The position numbers and the translations under genes were made by a program. DNA of 64,000 bases. It comes from a virus. Location of the stretch: positions 1-64,000 of IMG/VR virus record IMGVR_UViG_3300044620_000527; one strand, written 5' to 3'. A model generated the notes under the pieces. That model did no database searches and was not told where the DNA came from. It saw only the letters and a program-made list of their open reading frames with translations. Of the stretch, positions 45,907 through 55,720 are shown in pieces. How positions within the stretch are numbered: position 1 is the stretch's first letter; each line of letters opens with the position of its first letter.

Positions 45907-48282
45907 ATGTTTGTAAGAGATAGTGGAAATACACCAAGAGAAATATCTAGAATATTTGTCAGAGATAGTTCTGGAAATCCTCAAGAAATTTCAAAAATAT
46001 ATGTCCGCGATGGTAGCGGTAATCCTATATTAGTTTTTGATAATACCACTGTAGTTGTTCCTGATTTATGTCCAAGTTGCACTGCTGGTAGTGTTTACTA
46101 TTTTACTGTGGGTGGTAGTGGTACGGGGAATACCATTTTCACATTGTCTTTGGGACAATCATATGCTAATTATCCTCAAATTAGCAGTACCGTCCAAAAT
46201 GGAACAAATACACCCTCAATCAATATACAAAAAGATTATTGGTCAAAAGTATCAATAAAATATGACATTTTAAAAACAAATAGTGAAAATTTAGAAACAC
46301 AAACCACTTATTATAATACTCTTGAACAAAATTTAGATAGTAGTTTTTGTGAATGGTGCATAACGGATTTTTCTATTACTTCGCTTTTTCCAACTCTTAT
46401 GGCAGAAACGTTATTGGGAACTTCTATTGATGGACAACCAATTACAGGTTATGGAAATTTAAATAATTATCCTGTGCTTCCGGGCTACATTATAGTGGAT
46501 TATAAAACATACAACAAACGAAGCACGGTATTTTCTATTATGAATATGCCTCAAATTCAATGGACCACTCATGGTGTAAATTACACAAATCCAGAAACAT
46601 CACAGGTTTTGGTTCCTTTTGGTGCATATGATTCTCGATTTGCCCCAGATACAGTCCCTAGTACCAGAAGTAGTACAATTTACCCGTTTTATAACAGGCC
46701 TGTGTTATTAAATGTTCCAGATTTACAACCCGGTGGTCAAGGGTTTAGTCATAATAGTTTATGTGGGCAAGAGTATTGCGGTGGTATATTTACTCAAGAA
46801 TTTTTTGAACGTTGGGCATTTGGTTCATGTTGGAATTGGGGTTCTGGTGGATCTCAAAGATTTTTTGAATCCATTATCCCATCTGGCATAAACATAGATC
46901 CTTGTATTACTGGTGATGTTTTTCTACCACCAAATGGTAGCACTTTCCCAACAGTAAATAATGGTACTGGAGATGATTGTAGACTATTTGTTGGTGGTTA
47001 CGATCAAACCGATTGGGAAGGAATTAATCCATATTCTTGGATTCTTTATTATGAAAACGGTGCAACAGGAAACACTATACCTGAAGTATTATCATCTGCA
47101 AAACCACAAGATTGCTGTACTAGTTGTTTTTATGGACCAGTAGAATCTTCTACCCCAAACACAAATGATATGTGCAGACACATATATCAAATACCACCAA
47201 TCAATTCTTTAACTCCTCCTAGTACAAAATTAGATTTCTTTGACAGTATTGGTACTGGAGCCGTTCTTGGACCAGAAATTCAGGGTTCTTCCTCTAGTGC
47301 AGTTATTCGTTATACTCTTCCTGCGTATGTTACGCTAGATCCTGCATTAAAATCAAAAATAGTAAAAATGTTTGCCGTGAATTCTAGCAATTCTAATATA
47401 GATTCATTTATAAATGCTGGACCAGATTTGTTTGGTGATGATTCGGGTAGCACACTAACGACAGAAGAACTTTCTGTTTGGAGAGCTATTAGTGGGTTCA
47501 TGGGTTTAAATATTAAAAATGGATTACCTTTAGAAAATTTTGAAAGAGTTTATTTATCATCTTCATCTTTTTATTATGAAGAAAACAGATTTGATGCTAA
47601 TCCATTTGGTCCAGCACCACAACTTTCATTTTATCCCGCAGCACCAATAGGCATTTCTACAGTATCTGGTGCCTCTTCTCTTGGACAATATCCTTTGATA
47701 TGGTGGAGTATGTCTGGATATCCAACAGAACAATCAACTCATTATATTGTATTGGAATTAGAATTTAATGCAGAAAACTGTGCGACTTCTATAGCAAATA
47801 AAAATGATGCATTCCGATTAGAAAATTTAAGAAAAATACTAAAAGGTATACAGTTTTATCCAGTACAATTTTCTTGCAAAAATATGATAGGTTTGAAATA
47901 TCAAACAGGAATTGCGACTCCCACAGAAGTAGACGCAATTAGACATTTTCCACATCCTGCATATGCAGAATTAGTAATCGATAGTACAGTACAAAATGGT
48001 ATAGATGTAGTTACTGGTACAAATGTAAATGGTTGTGGATTTGTTGATATATTATGGACTAATCAATTGATACCAGTAGATCAGGGTGGAACTGGTGTAG
48101 TAACAAGTACTACTTCTTCATCACAACAAACGAGGGAACAAAAAACATTACTTTATAATTATAAGTTTATTTCCAGTAGTGTTCCTGTTGCACGTTATAC
48201 CTTTATGAGATTAAGATTACCATCAATGACATATAGCAAATTCTTAACCAAATATTATAAACCACAAACTACTATTTCTTGA
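45907..48282 (+). CDS. Putative fibre-tip adhesin / receptor-binding protein
   Basis: Three N-terminal repeats (F/Y)VRDxxGNPxEISxI; Cys/Trp/Pro-rich body; directly follows the fibre gene. Confidence 0.45.
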   Translation: MFVRDSGNTPREISRIFVRDSSGNPQEISKIYVRDGSGNPILVFDNTTVVVPDLCPSCTAGSVYYFTVGGSGTGNTIFTLSLGQSYANYPQISSTVQNGTNTPSINIQKDYWSKVSIKYDILKTNSENLETQTTYYNTLEQNLDSSFCEWCITDFSITSLFPTLMAETLLGTSIDGQPITGYGNLNNYPVLPGYIIVDYKTYNKRSTVFSIMNMPQIQWTTHGVNYTNPETSQVLVPFGAYDSRFAPDTVPSTRSSTIYPFYNRPVLLNVPDLQPGGQGFSHNSLCGQEYCGGIFTQEFFERWAFGSCWNWGSGGSQRFFESIIPSGINIDPCITGDVFLPPNGSTFPTVNNGTGDDCRLFVGGYDQTDWEGINPYSWILYYENGATGNTIPEVLSSAKPQDCCTSCFYGPVESSTPNTNDMCRHIYQIPPINSLTPPSTKLDFFDSIGTGAVLGPEIQGSSSSAVIRYTLPAYVTLDPALKSKIVKMFAVNSSNSNIDSFINAGPDLFGDDSGSTLTTEELSVWRAISGFMGLNIKNGLPLENFERVYLSSSSFYYEENRFDANPFGPAPQLSFYPAAPIGISTVSGASSLGQYPLIWWSMSGYPTEQSTHYIVLELEFNAENCATSIANKNDAFRLENLRKILKGIQFYPVQFSCKNMIGLKYQTGIATPTEVDAIRHFPHPAYAELVIDSTVQNGIDVVTGTNVNGCGFVDILWTNQLIPVDQGGTGVVTSTTSSSQQTREQKTLLYNYKFISSSVPVARYTFMRLRLPSMTYSKFLTKYYKPQTTIS

Positions 48283-48306
48283 CTTTTATTTACTTGTCTA
48301 TATAAT
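48279..48306 (+). promoter_or_regulatory. Sigma70-type promoter inside the late region
   Basis: TTGACT (48279-48284), 16 bp spacer, TATAAT (48301-48306); same -35 hexamer as the gp32 promoter. Confidence 0.6.
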
Positions 48307-48334
48307 AAGCATAGAAATGCAATAAGGAGATATT

Positions 48335-48682
48335 ATGAAAGTTAGATTGATTGACATTTATGGATCTGTTTCAGTTTTAAACAAATTAGTAGAAGAACCA
48401 CTTCCAACCAAAATTTCATTTAAATTAATGAAATTGCTAAATGCTTTAAATGCTGAAGTGAAACTAGTAGAAGATCAAAGATTAAAACTAGTTAAACAAT
48501 ATTCTGAAGACGGTAATACCGTGTCTGAACAAAACAAAGAGGCATTTATAAAAGAATTTAGTGAATTCTTAAATGACGAGATAGAAGTAACATGGGAACC
48601 ACTTAATGTAGATATTTTGGGTGATTCTATAAAACTTTCTGTAACCGATTTAGCAAAAATTCAATATTTGTTTAAAGATTAA
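48335..48682 (+). CDS. Small helical hypothetical protein (DUF1617-like)
   Basis: Strong SD TAAGGAG; LPTKISFKLMKLLNAL...QRLKLVKQY pattern; family call from memory only. Confidence 0.5.
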   Translation: MKVRLIDIYGSVSVLNKLVEEPLPTKISFKLMKLLNALNAEVKLVEDQRLKLVKQYSEDGNTVSEQNKEAFIKEFSEFLNDEIEVTWEPLNVDILGDSIKLSVTDLAKIQYLFKD

Positions 48683-48705
48683 GTAAACAACATTTACAAA
48701 AAAGG

Positions 48706-48744
48706 ATCTCCTTGGTTTTATAAATAATGTAGAACCAAGGAGAT
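48706..48744 (+). promoter_or_regulatory. SD-sequestering hairpin containing a T4 late promoter
   Basis: Perfect 12-bp inverted repeat ATCTCCTTGGTT (48706-48717) / AACCAAGGAGAT (48733-48744); TATAAATA at 48719-48726 between the arms; the right arm contains the gp13 SD. Confidence 0.85.
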
Positions 48745-48751
48745 TTTACAT

Positions 48752-49576
48752 ATGGCAAAACCTTCAACAAGGGAACAACTTAAAGATTATTGTCTAAGAC
48801 GACTCGGTTATCCTGTTGTACAAATCAACGTGGATGATTCGCAAATAGAGGATCGTGTAGACGATGCTTTACAGTTTTTTGCCGAATACCATTTTGATGG
48901 TGTAGAGAGAGTTTATTTAAGAAAACAAGTCACTCAGCAAGACATAGAGCGGGGTTATATAGATTTAACCCAACCAACTTTGGCTGCAACAGACGATGGT
49001 ATAGAAATTAAAGCAGCACCCGCATTAGACCCAGATGGAAATTCAATAATTAGTGTAATTCGTTGCTTTCAATTATTTGATACTCTGGGTGGTTTGGGTA
49101 TGTTTGATGCAAAGTATCAAATCGCTTTAAATGACTTATATGGATTAAGAACCAACACATATGGTGACTCATTAATTGGTTATAACATAACAAGAAGTCA
49201 TATGCAAATGCTTCAGGATATGTTGACCCCCGAAAAGATGATTGAGTTTAGCCGTGTTACAAACAGAATTTATGTGGAAACAAATTGGTCAGAAAAAATG
49301 ACTAAGGGTGATTACTTGGTATTTGAGGCATATAAAATTCTTGATCCTTCGTTGTATCCAGAAATCTATAATGATCGTTTATTAAAGATGTACTTGACAG
49401 CTTTAATTAAGCAACAATGGGGATTGAATTTATCGAAGTTTAGCGGTATGAGTTTACCCGGTGGTGTTTCATTTAATGGTGCTAACATGGCATCTGAAGC
49501 AAAAGCGGAAGTTGAAAAAATAGAAAACGAAATTCAAGCCAAATACGAACTCCCACCACAAGGATTTATAGGATAA
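48752..49576 (+). CDS. gp13: Neck protein gp13
   Basis: MAKPSTREQLKDYCLRRLGYPVVQINVDDSQIEDRVDDALQFFAEYHFDG and ALIKQQWGLNLSKFSGMSLPGGVSFNG. Confidence 0.95.
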   Translation: MAKPSTREQLKDYCLRRLGYPVVQINVDDSQIEDRVDDALQFFAEYHFDGVERVYLRKQVTQQDIERGYIDLTQPTLAATDDGIEIKAAPALDPDGNSIISVIRCFQLFDTLGGLGMFDAKYQIALNDLYGLRTNTYGDSLIGYNITRSHMQMLQDMLTPEKMIEFSRVTNRIYVETNWSEKMTKGDYLVFEAYKILDPSLYPEIYNDRLLKMYLTALIKQQWGLNLSKFSGMSLPGGVSFNGANMASEAKAEVEKIENEIQAKYELPPQGFIG

Positions 49577-49577
49577 A

Positions 49578-50294
49578 ATGGCTTTAAATCCACACTTCAA
49601 TAATTACGCCTATAAACCCCAACAAGATCTCATGGAAGATCTTATTGAGGAGTCCATTAAAATTAATGGAATAAATGTCTATTACATTCCTCGTAGATTT
49701 GCAAATTTAGATCAGTTGTTTGGTGAAGATTCTACTTCTTATTTTAAAGATGCAATTCAAATAGAAATGTTTATGGACAACTACTCTGGGTTTTCTGGAG
49801 AGCGCGAAATTATTTCAAAGTTTGGTTTAGAAATAAGAGATACATTAAGTTTAGTTGTTTCGAAAAGAAGATTCCAAAGAGAAGCAGCAAAATTTGAAGT
49901 AATGGCAGATCGTCCAGTTCAAATAAGCAATCCAATGGAAGGTGATTTAATTTTTCATCCATTCTCAAAGGGATTATTTGAAATTAAATATGTAGATAAC
50001 AAAGAAGTATTTTATCAATTTGGAAAACTATACACATATAAATTAGAATGCGAACTCTTCAAGTACTCTTACGAAAACTTGAATACAGGCATATCCGAAA
50101 TAGACTCTATACAAACAAATATGACGCAAACTGTTACACAACAAATGGATTATAATTCCGATGGAATCATAGACGAGACCATCACATCTATTCAAGATAC
50201 AAAACAACAAAGCGATAATGATATACTACAATCTGGTACAAGAGATTTGATTGACTTTACTGAAATTGATCCATTCTCGGAGAATAAGTATTAA
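49578..50294 (+). CDS. gp14: Neck protein gp14
   Basis: QQDLMEDLIEESIKINGINVYYIPR, SKFGLEIRD, PMEGDLIFHP, LFEIKYV, FYQFGK and IDFTEIDPFSE. Confidence 0.95.
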   Translation: MALNPHFNNYAYKPQQDLMEDLIEESIKINGINVYYIPRRFANLDQLFGEDSTSYFKDAIQIEMFMDNYSGFSGEREIISKFGLEIRDTLSLVVSKRRFQREAAKFEVMADRPVQISNPMEGDLIFHPFSKGLFEIKYVDNKEVFYQFGKLYTYKLECELFKYSYENLNTGISEIDSIQTNMTQTVTQQMDYNSDGIIDETITSIQDTKQQSDNDILQSGTRDLIDFTEIDPFSENKY

Positions 50295-50962
50295 TGTTTA
50301 CTACTTTCTATCATGGTATTACAAAAAAGATAACAGCGGCTTTCGGTACGCTGTTTAATAACATTTACATAGAACGTGGTTCCGGCAATACTTACAAGAA
50401 AATAAAAGTTCCATTAACATATGCTCCAAAAGAAAGAATGATGGAGCGTTTAAATTTGGAATTGGATGATCCTGTTGCATATGCTACTGCTCTCGGAATA
50501 CCAAGAATGTCATTTATGATGACGGGATTGGAATACGATACGGAAAGAAAATTAAACAGTTCAACAAAGAGACGAGCAGAAAAGGTACAAACAAATGGTG
50601 ATGTTATTATTAATTATCACTTTAATGAAGTACCATATAAATTAACATTTTCTTTATTCATTTATAGCCGTACTATGGATGATGGTTTAAAAATTATTGA
50701 ACAAATATTCCCATTCTTTACACCAGAATTCACAATAACAATTAAACCAAGTGTATTGAGTGATGGTTACGAAAAACTAGATATTCCGATTACATTGGTT
50801 AGCACCAATACTGATCAGCAATTCGAAGGTTCTTTTAAAGACGACAACCAAAGATCTATTATATTTGAATTGCAATTTGTCGCTAGAACTTATTACTATG
50901 GACCAGTAAGAGAAGCAGGACTTATCAAAACTATCGACGTTAATCTTTTTAATTTGGATTAA
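50294..50962 (+). CDS. gp15: Tail sheath stabiliser / terminator gp15
   Basis: FYHGITKKITAAFGTLFNNI, KVPLTYAPKE, PRMSF, DDGLKIIEQIFPFFTPEF, DIPITL and YYYGPV. Confidence 0.93.
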   Translation: MFTTFYHGITKKITAAFGTLFNNIYIERGSGNTYKKIKVPLTYAPKERMMERLNLELDDPVAYATALGIPRMSFMMTGLEYDTERKLNSSTKRRAEKVQTNGDVIINYHFNEVPYKLTFSLFIYSRTMDDGLKIIEQIFPFFTPEFTITIKPSVLSDGYEKLDIPITLVSTNTDQQFEGSFKDDNQRSIIFELQFVARTYYYGPVREAGLIKTIDVNLFNLD

Positions 50963-50963
50963 T

Positions 50964-51131
50964 ATGGCAAAGAAATTAGTAAATATTCATATAGAACCAG
51001 TAGTATATTTAAAGGACACCAATGATGATTATGTCCTAGATACTAATGGCGATAAAATCGAATTAAAGTCTGGAGTACAAGTAGTTCCAAGTGATGACTA
51101 CGATATAAAAGAAACAATCACAGAATATTAA
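50964..51131 (+). CDS. 55-aa protein, possibly the detached C-terminal segment of gp15 (not in ORF track)
   Basis: Manual translation MAKKLVNIHIEPVVYLKDTNDDYVLDTNGDKIELKSGVQVVPSDDYDIKETITEY; fills the gp15-gp16 gap. Confidence 0.65.
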   Translation: MAKKLVNIHIEPVVYLKDTNDDYVLDTNGDKIELKSGVQVVPSDDYDIKETITEY

Positions 51132-51141
51132 TGGATACATT

Positions 51142-51597
51142 ATGTCATTTGATGAACTGGAAAAACAATTTAATATAGAACCAACCCCGCAACCAGAAGT
51201 CCCACAATTACGCAAAGCAACAGAAATTACTGTTCAAAAGGACGATCTGGATAAAGATTATCTCACGGTAAGGGATAATTTAAAAGAACTAATAAACAAA
51301 GGTACATCTGCTATAGATGGTATTCTTAATTTAGCATCAGAAACAGAACAACCAAGAGCATATGAAGTTCTTGCACAATTAATTAAAACTGTTGCTGAAA
51401 CAAATAAAGATCTGTTGGATATGCACAACAAAATGAAGGTTATTAAGGGAGAACCTCAAACTAATACTCCCAATTCTGTAACTACCAACAATTCTATATT
51501 TGTCGGTAGTACGGCAGATCTGCAAAAACTGCTTCGTGGAAAAATAAAAGAAATTGAGAAGTTAGAAAATAATGGCGATATTATAGATGCAGAATAA
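51142..51597 (+). CDS. gp16: Terminase small subunit gp16
   Basis: DYLTVRDNLKELINKG, PRAYEVLAQLIK and NNSIFVGSTADLQKLL. Confidence 0.93.
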   Translation: MSFDELEKQFNIEPTPQPEVPQLRKATEITVQKDDLDKDYLTVRDNLKELINKGTSAIDGILNLASETEQPRAYEVLAQLIKTVAETNKDLLDMHNKMKVIKGEPQTNTPNSVTTNNSIFVGSTADLQKLLRGKIKEIEKLENNGDIIDAE

Positions 51598-53209
51598 AGA
51601 AAAAACATATCTTGGAAATCCAAATCTTAAACGAGCAAATGTAAACGTTTCTTTTACTCCCGAACAAGTAGAAGAATATGTTAAGTGCTCCCAAGATCCG
51701 ATTTACTTTATTAAAAACTATGTCAAGATTGTAAGTCTGGACAAAGGACTTATCAATTTTAATATGTTTGATTTCCAAGAACTGTTTGTTGAAACTATTA
51801 ATGAAAATAGATTTACGATAGGCAAAATGCCTCGTCAATGTGGTAAGTCAACTACTCTGGTTGCTTATATTCTTTGGTATATTCTTTTTAATCCTACCAG
51901 CAATGTTGCTATTCTTGCAAATAAACAAACCGTAGCAAAGTTGCACATGGATAGATTAAAAGTTGCATACGAATACCTTCCGAAGTGGCTACAACAAGGT
52001 ATTAAGGAATGGAACAAAATGAGCATAGAACTGGAAAACGGTTCTAGAATTATTGCTGCTGCTACCTCTGCTTCTGCTATCCGTGGTGGATCTTTTAATC
52101 TTATCATGTTGGACGAGTTTGCTCACGTTCCCGAAAACATTGCAAATGATTTCTATACCTCTGTATTTCCAACAATTACTTCCGGTAAGACTACCAAATT
52201 AGTAATAATTTCCACACCAAACGGTTTGAATTTATTCTATAAGATTTGGGTAGATTCTGCGGAACACCGAAACGACTTTAAGAATGTAGAAATCCATTGG
52301 AGTCAAGTTCCCGGCAGAGATCAAGTTTGGCGCGAACAAGAAATCCGCAACTTGGGTTCTGAAGATAAATTCCGAACAGAACACGAATGTGATTTCATTG
52401 GTTCTACAAATACACTCATTAGTGCAAATAAATTGAAGACTTTGGTATTCCGCAATCCAATTTATAAAAATGACGATGGATTGAAAGTTTATGAAAAACC
52501 AAAAGAGAAGCACAGTTATTTGACTTTGGTTGATACCTCTAGAGGTCAAGGATTAGACTATAGTGCATTTTGTGTACTTGATATAACTGAGATGCCCTAT
52601 AAGGTTGTTGCTGTGTTTAAAAATAACATGATTTCTCCTATGGTATATCCTAATATTATTATGAATACTTCTAGGGAATATAATGAAGCATTTATTTTAG
52701 TAGAAATAAATGATATTGGCGGACAAGTTGCTGATATTTTATATAAAGAATTAGAATATGAAAATGTTCTTATATCTTCTGTGCGGGGAAGAAAGGGTCA
52801 GACTTTAGATGGTGGGTTTGGTAACTCAGATACCCAGTTGGGTGTACGCACCACAAAGGTTGTAAAGCGTCTAGGATGCTCCGTATTGAAGAGTATGATA
52901 GAGAGTGACAAACTGATACTAAACGATATCGATATCATGCGAGAACTTGTTACCTTTATTTCAAAAAATAATTCATATGAAGCAGATACTGGCAGCAATG
53001 ACGATCTTATTATGTGCTTGGTTCTTTTTGGTTGGTTAAGTACCCAAACTTATTTTAAAGATTTGACAGATTTGGATATAAGAAAGACTCTATTTCAAAA
53101 GCAAATTGATGCGATTGAGGAAGAAATTATGCCTTTTGGTTTCCTAAGTAACGTGGATTATGGGGATGATGATGGGTTTGGTGGTGAATTTGGCGATACT
53201 ATTTTGTAA
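51587..53209 (+). CDS. gp17: Terminase large subunit gp17
   Basis: YLGNPNLK, Walker A PRQCGKST, Walker B LIMLDEFAHV, ISTPNG, nuclease DTSRGQGLDYS and NDDLIMCL. Confidence 0.98.
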   Translation: MQNKEKTYLGNPNLKRANVNVSFTPEQVEEYVKCSQDPIYFIKNYVKIVSLDKGLINFNMFDFQELFVETINENRFTIGKMPRQCGKSTTLVAYILWYILFNPTSNVAILANKQTVAKLHMDRLKVAYEYLPKWLQQGIKEWNKMSIELENGSRIIAAATSASAIRGGSFNLIMLDEFAHVPENIANDFYTSVFPTITSGKTTKLVIISTPNGLNLFYKIWVDSAEHRNDFKNVEIHWSQVPGRDQVWREQEIRNLGSEDKFRTEHECDFIGSTNTLISANKLKTLVFRNPIYKNDDGLKVYEKPKEKHSYLTLVDTSRGQGLDYSAFCVLDITEMPYKVVAVFKNNMISPMVYPNIIMNTSREYNEAFILVEINDIGGQVADILYKELEYENVLISSVRGRKGQTLDGGFGNSDTQLGVRTTKVVKRLGCSVLKSMIESDKLILNDIDIMRELVTFISKNNSYEADTGSNDDLIMCLVLFGWLSTQTYFKDLTDLDIRKTLFQKQIDAIEEEIMPFGFLSNVDYGDDDGFGGEFGDTIL

Positions 53210-53298
53210 AAATCGAAACACCATAAAATTATACATATTCCTAGCAAATAGTATTTTCTAATTATAGAAATAACACACGGCGTCTAGAAGGAGAAACA

Positions 53299-55125
53299 AT
53301 GGCAATTCAAATTAGCCCAGGCGTAAATGTAACAGAAAAAGATGTCACACTTTTGGTGCCAGCAATCGCCACCACACCAGCAGGTATGGTTGGCTTGTTC
53401 CAATGGGGACCAGGCAACGAACCAGTGACAATTACTAGCGAAAAAGAACTTTCAGAAGTATTTTATAAGCCAGCAAAAGCATCAGGCGCAATGACCGATG
53501 CCACCAAATACAACAGATGGTGGTGGTCTGCTGCCAATTTCTTGTCTTACGGTAACAATATTAAAATTGTAAGATTTATTAATGATGGTGGTGGTTCATA
53601 TACTGCCACTTCAGGTACTGCTGCTGTAGCAGGTGAAGATCTTTGCGGATTAACATCATTTAGAGCATATACCCCAGTAGTTGGAAATGGATTCTGGGGA
53701 GCAAAGTATCCAGGCGAACTCGGCAACAGCATCAAGGTAGTTGTTTTAGATTACTATGCTGCTGAAACATATGATGCCGATACAGACGGAAACGCCAATC
53801 AATATATCGACTACATTGGTAATTTTGATGGTTTGCCAGGAACATCTCCTTGGGCAGAAACAGTAACCGGAGCAGAAATTAAAGACGAGATTCACGTTCT
53901 TGTAATTGATGCTGATGGTAAAATTTCTGGTACTGCTGGTACAATTCTTGAAAAATTTGCATACCTTTCAAAGGCATCAAACGCAGTAAATCAAAACGGA
54001 ACAACTAATTATTATAAAGATGTTATTAACAATGAATCAAAGTATGTTTGGTCATTATATCATTTAGATAACGCAAGTGCTGCAAATAATTCATCAAATG
54101 TAAGTGCATTTGGTGCTGTAAGTTCCACTGGTACTACACCGTGGGGAACCGCCGTAACAACTACTACATCCGCCTTTAAAGTAGTTAAAACTGGTGAAAA
54201 TCTTGTTGTTACTATGCTCTACGGTGGATTGGTTGGAAATACACCAAATGATAACGACATTGCAGAGGCATTCAACACATACATGGGTGATCCAGAAATC
54301 ATCGATGTTTCAATGTTTATCACAGGACCACTCGGTAAAACTGCTGCATACCGTGTAACAGAAATAGCAGAAACAAGAAAAGATGTTGTGGCATTCGTGT
54401 CCCCAACACCAACAAATGGTTTCAATCAAACACCAAGTGCATATTTGAATGATATCGTTGCATTTAGAACAAATGGCGATTCCACTTCCTATGGTGTTGC
54501 TGATACTGGTTACAAATTGCAATACGACAATTATAACGACGAATATGTTTATATTCCTCTAAATGCAGATATTGCAGGATTGTGCGCTCGTACAGATAGC
54601 ACAAATGATCCTTGGTTCTCTCCAGCCGGATTAAACCGTGGTGGAATTAACAGAGTAATCAAACTTCCTTTCAATCCAAATCAAGCACAACGCGATGATT
54701 TGTATAAGATTGGAATGAATCCTGTAGTTTCATTCCCCGGAATTGGTCCTGTTCTTTACGGAGACAAGACTCTCTTAAGTAGACCATCTGCCTTTGACAG
54801 AATCAATGTTCGCAGATTGTTCATAATTCTTGAGAAATCAATTGCAACTGCCGCCAAGTTCCAACTCTTTGAATTCAACGATGAGTTTACAAGAGCACAA
54901 TTTGTAAACTTGGTAACTCCATTCCTCAGAAATGTTCTTGGAAGAAGAGGTATCACCGATTTCCGTGTAGTTTGTGATGAAACAAACAATACAGCACAAG
55001 TAATCGACTCAAACAACTTTGTAGCAGATATCTATATCAAACCAAACAAATCAATCAACTTCATTCAACTCAACTTCATTGCTACACCAACTGGTTTGAG
55101 CTTTGAAGAAGTCGTTGGAGCCTAA
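53299..55125 (+). CDS. gp18: Tail sheath protein gp18
   Basis: ISPGVNVTEKD, FQWGP, PWFSPAGLNRG, LYGDKT, FDRINVRRLF and FEFNDEFTR; SD GAAGGAG. Confidence 0.98.
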   Translation: MAIQISPGVNVTEKDVTLLVPAIATTPAGMVGLFQWGPGNEPVTITSEKELSEVFYKPAKASGAMTDATKYNRWWWSAANFLSYGNNIKIVRFINDGGGSYTATSGTAAVAGEDLCGLTSFRAYTPVVGNGFWGAKYPGELGNSIKVVVLDYYAAETYDADTDGNANQYIDYIGNFDGLPGTSPWAETVTGAEIKDEIHVLVIDADGKISGTAGTILEKFAYLSKASNAVNQNGTTNYYKDVINNESKYVWSLYHLDNASAANNSSNVSAFGAVSSTGTTPWGTAVTTTTSAFKVVKTGENLVVTMLYGGLVGNTPNDNDIAEAFNTYMGDPEIIDVSMFITGPLGKTAAYRVTEIAETRKDVVAFVSPTPTNGFNQTPSAYLNDIVAFRTNGDSTSYGVADTGYKLQYDNYNDEYVYIPLNADIAGLCARTDSTNDPWFSPAGLNRGGINRVIKLPFNPNQAQRDDLYKIGMNPVVSFPGIGPVLYGDKTLLSRPSAFDRINVRRLFIILEKSIATAAKFQLFEFNDEFTRAQFVNLVTPFLRNVLGRRGITDFRVVCDETNNTAQVIDSNNFVADIYIKPNKSINFIQLNFIATPTGLSFEEVVGA

Positions 55126-55143
55126 TCGAAGAGGGAGCAATAA

Positions 55144-55689
55144 ATGGACATTAGCAAGTTTACATCTAAATTCGATGGCGGAGCAAGATCAAATCTGTTC
55201 CAATTCAGAGTCAGTAATTTACCAGCAGGCGTTCCTGCATTCAATGCAGATGATCAAATCATCCACGTTAAAAGCATTCAATTGCCAGAAACAACAGTTG
55301 GTGAAATTCCTGTAAATCACATGGGAAGAATTTACAAATTCCCAGGCGATAGAGTTTATAATGACGTATCACTTACTATCTTGAGTGATGGTACTGATAT
55401 GCGCGTAAGACATTTCTTCGAAGCATGGAACCATGTTTGGAATCGTCATTTTGCAAACGTAGGATTGTTGCCAAATGATGCAAACTTGAACGCTGTAGTT
55501 GAATTAATTCAATTGGATCGCAATCACAGTCCAATCAGAACATATAAACTGCAAAAAGCATGGTGCAGTGATGTCTCTGCCGTAGATTTGTCACACGACA
55601 ACAATGACGCTTTAGTTGAATTTACAGTAACACTGAAGTACCACTTCTTCGAAGTAGACGGTAAGAACGGTCTTCACTTAAGACGTTAA
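55144..55689 (+). CDS. gp19: Tail tube protein gp19
   Basis: GGARSNLF, QLP, GRIYKFPGDRVYND, QLDRN and EFTVTLKY. Confidence 0.93.
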   Translation: MDISKFTSKFDGGARSNLFQFRVSNLPAGVPAFNADDQIIHVKSIQLPETTVGEIPVNHMGRIYKFPGDRVYNDVSLTILSDGTDMRVRHFFEAWNHVWNRHFANVGLLPNDANLNAVVELIQLDRNHSPIRTYKLQKAWCSDVSAVDLSHDNNDALVEFTVTLKYHFFEVDGKNGLHLRR

Positions 55690-55720
55690 CCTACCTATAT
55701 ACTCGTGAAGGAGTTTTATA

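Noticed and set aside
41226-48282. Diversity-generating retroelement or invertible fibre cassette
   Set aside because: No reverse transcriptase, recombinase or duplicated template/variable repeat recognised; a self-alignment would be needed to exclude it fully.
11610-51131. Stop-codon reassignment as the cause of the split genes
   Set aside because: The split halves lie in different frames, and core genes are full length under the standard code.
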